Assembly: GCA_965214835.1 (NCBI GenBank)
Contig: CBDCCK010000002.1
Span: forward strand, 800,001 to 864,000
Reading direction: 5' to 3'
DNA length: 64,000 nt
DNA from: Nitrosopumilaceae archaeon
GTDB lineage: Archaea > Thermoproteota > Nitrososphaeria > Nitrososphaerales > Nitrosopumilaceae
Under the pieces are notes generated by a model. That model saw nothing but the letters and a program-made list of their open reading frames with translations. It ran no database searches and was not told the origin of the DNA. The position numbers were made by a program, and so were the translations under genes. Below, piece by piece: positions 62,391 to 64,000 of this stretch (within the stretch, counting starts at the first letter, position 1; each line of letters starts with the position of its first letter).

Positions 62391-62894
62391 GTTTTTGGAT
62401 TTAAGATGGTCCAGGATTCTAGCCACGCTCTCATCCAGTGACTCCCCCTCTGTATCTACGACAAGGTCGGGGTTTTCCGGCACCTCGTACGGATCGTCCA
62501 GTCCGGTAAAGTTCTTGATCTCGCCTGCCCTTGCCTTTTTGTACATTCCCTTGACATCACGCTCCTCGCATCGATCCAGGGAGCACTTGACATAGACCTC
62601 CAAGAACCGGTCGCCTGCATCGATGATCCTCCGTACATTTTCCCGATTTGCAGCGTACGGACTGACCAGGGATACGCCGACCGGGACCTTGTGCCTGAGG
62701 AGTAGCTTTGCGACATGCGCGACCTTTTTGTTGTGCTCGTCACGGGCCTCCCTGGAAAAGTCCTTGGGGGACAGCCACTCCCTTAACTCGTCGCCGTCCA
62801 GCATGGCAAGGTTTGGAACACTTTCCTGCATTTTTCTCAGGATCGTGGTTTTTCCAGAGCACGGCAGTCCGGTCATCCAAACTACAAAGCTCAT
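62382..62894 (-). CDS. cysC: Adenylyl-sulfate kinase
   Basis: TGLPCSGKTT, LDGD, RDVKGMY, FTGLDDPYE. Confidence 0.95.
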   Translation of the reverse strand: MSFVVWMTGLPCSGKTTILRKMQESVPNLAMLDGDELREWLSPKDFSREARDEHNKKVAHVAKLLLRHKVPVGVSLVSPYAANRENVRRIIDAGDRFLEVYVKCSLDRCEERDVKGMYKKARAGEIKNFTGLDDPYEVPENPDLVVDTEGESLDESVARILDHLKSKNLL

Positions 62895-62936
62895 TTCATT
62901 TCATAGGCTTTAAGGGCGGTTTTAAAGAGCTTGCGA

Positions 62937-63485
62937 TCACAGTCTTCCCCTGTACCATGGCCGGCTCTCCAGGAATTCTATCTCCTTGATCATCTCTGCC
63001 ACCGTCTTTGTTTCCGTCATTACGGATCGGAACTGCTCGTACATCTGGGCCTCCTCCTCGGGGGAGAGGACGTTTTTTTCGGCCTCGTCAAAGAACGCGT
63101 CCTCCTTTGCCAGGTGATCGGTGAGATAGACGTGATACGTACGCATGAACCTGGATACGGGCTCGCGCGAGTCCCTGCCCGACTTCCACTCCTGCAGGTG
63201 CCTTGAGATGTTTCTTGCAACCCTCCTTCCAAACTCATGCTCGATCAGAAACCGCCTGATTTCCTCGTTGAGCCCGCCATAGCCTGCGACACACGCAAAA
63301 TAAGAGTTCTCCTCGCGCTCATAATGGATGGAATCCAGGAACTCTGAGATTACCAGGGTGATTTTGTCCATGTCAGAAAACGGGATGTCGCGTCCCTCCT
63401 CCAGGCAGGTATAGCACCTAAGGACTATCCTGCCCAGCCTCCTGACCTGCCTGTGATCGTTGCGAAGAGTCTCTGTTCCGCTCAC
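62937..63485 (-). CDS. Hemerythrin-domain protein
   Basis: H…EE, EHE, HL.KED. Confidence 0.88.
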   Translation of the reverse strand: MSGTETLRNDHRQVRRLGRIVLRCYTCLEEGRDIPFSDMDKITLVISEFLDSIHYEREENSYFACVAGYGGLNEEIRRFLIEHEFGRRVARNISRHLQEWKSGRDSREPVSRFMRTYHVYLTDHLAKEDAFFDEAEKNVLSPEEEAQMYEQFRSVMTETKTVAEMIKEIEFLESRPWYRGRL

Positions 63486-63586
63486 AGTCCTGATTGGGCT
63501 TGCGCATTAATTACTATTCACTAGGTGATTTTGTGAACAGGTCTTGACAGCTTTGCCTTTTATCTGTCGATTTGGAGGTTCAGTCA

Positions 63587-64000
63587 GTGATACCCGTATT
63601 TCTGAGCCTGTTGGATGTGATCAGGGACCATTTTGGCCAAGGCGCGCCTCCGGTCAGGACGCAGGACATGGGCTTCAACTCGCTGGTGGGGGGCCTTGTT
63701 GACCTGTGGGAGGCAGTCGTCGGCCTGTCGTCTGAGGCCGCGCCCATTGCAGAGGCGCACGTGGTCCTGCTGGCAGCCGGAACCGTGATCTTTTTAGGGG
63801 TTGCCGGGGAGGCCTTTTTCAAAAAGACCGGGATACCGGATATTGCGTTTTTGATGGTCTTGGGGGTCATAATCGGCCCCCTGCTGGGAATCATCCAGGC
63901 CGAGGTCGTGGTTCAGATCGTTCCGTTCTTTGCGGCAATTGCGCTGATTATCATCATGTTTGACGGCGGACTGAACCTCGACTTTAAGCACATGGCAAGA
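63587..64000 (+). CDS. CPA1/NhaP cation:proton antiporter, 5' part
   Basis: Manual translation FFKKTGIPD…LGVIIGP…ALIIIMFDGGLNL. Confidence 0.85.
   Translation, partial: MIPVFLSLLDVIRDHFGQGAPPVRTQDMGFNSLVGGLVDLWEAVVGLSSEAAPIAEAHVVLLAAGTVIFLGVAGEAFFKKTGIPDIAFLMVLGVIIGPLLGIIQAEVVVQIVPFFAAIALIIIMFDGGLNLDFKHMAR

Noticed and set aside
125-63991. Numerous antisense or overlapping ORFs in the six-frame track
   Set aside because: Shadow ORFs of GC-rich genes with no motifs

Overview
64-kb chromosomal segment of an ammonia-oxidising archaeon (Nitrososphaerota/Thaumarchaeota, Nitrosopumilaceae-like). The evidence is a PEFG-CTERM protein, an A-type ATP synthase in the thaumarchaeal layout, Amt, a CdvB/ESCRT-III paralogue and a cupredoxin. 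The GC-rich core and the heavy load of IS, MITE and pseudogene debris would fit a host-associated lineage (inference). Core genes: Zn/Mn ABC uptake with regulators, pyrBI, atpKHDBAE/I/C, rhodanese, amt, pyrH-HD-tmk, hsp20, ABC1 kinase, GPN GTPase-thrB-queC, folE-queE, cysQ/cysC and an antiporter. AT-richer accessory islands lie at about 16.5-18.2, 21.7-23.3, 36.3-39.0, 45.7-56.0 and 57.6-59.2 kb. They hold TA modules, IS481/IS110/IS6-like remnants and at least six MITE types, several with target-site duplications (TSDs) readable in the sequence. Most notable observations: (i) a transposase-less 2.3-kb element (29-bp TIRs, 8-bp TSD) splits a DUF2075 helicase-nuclease gene, which becomes a single frame again when the element is removed; it carries an intact 3-gene operon led by a candidate COMMD-like protein; (ii) an intact low-GC operon of a YwgA/DUF4065-like gene and a SAMHD1-like HD hydrolase; (iii) a candidate stand-alone structured ncRNA at about 59.7 kb; (iv) an orphan repeat-spacer-repeat unit of CRISPR-like size (37/35/37). 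All calls were made by eye, with no database searches.
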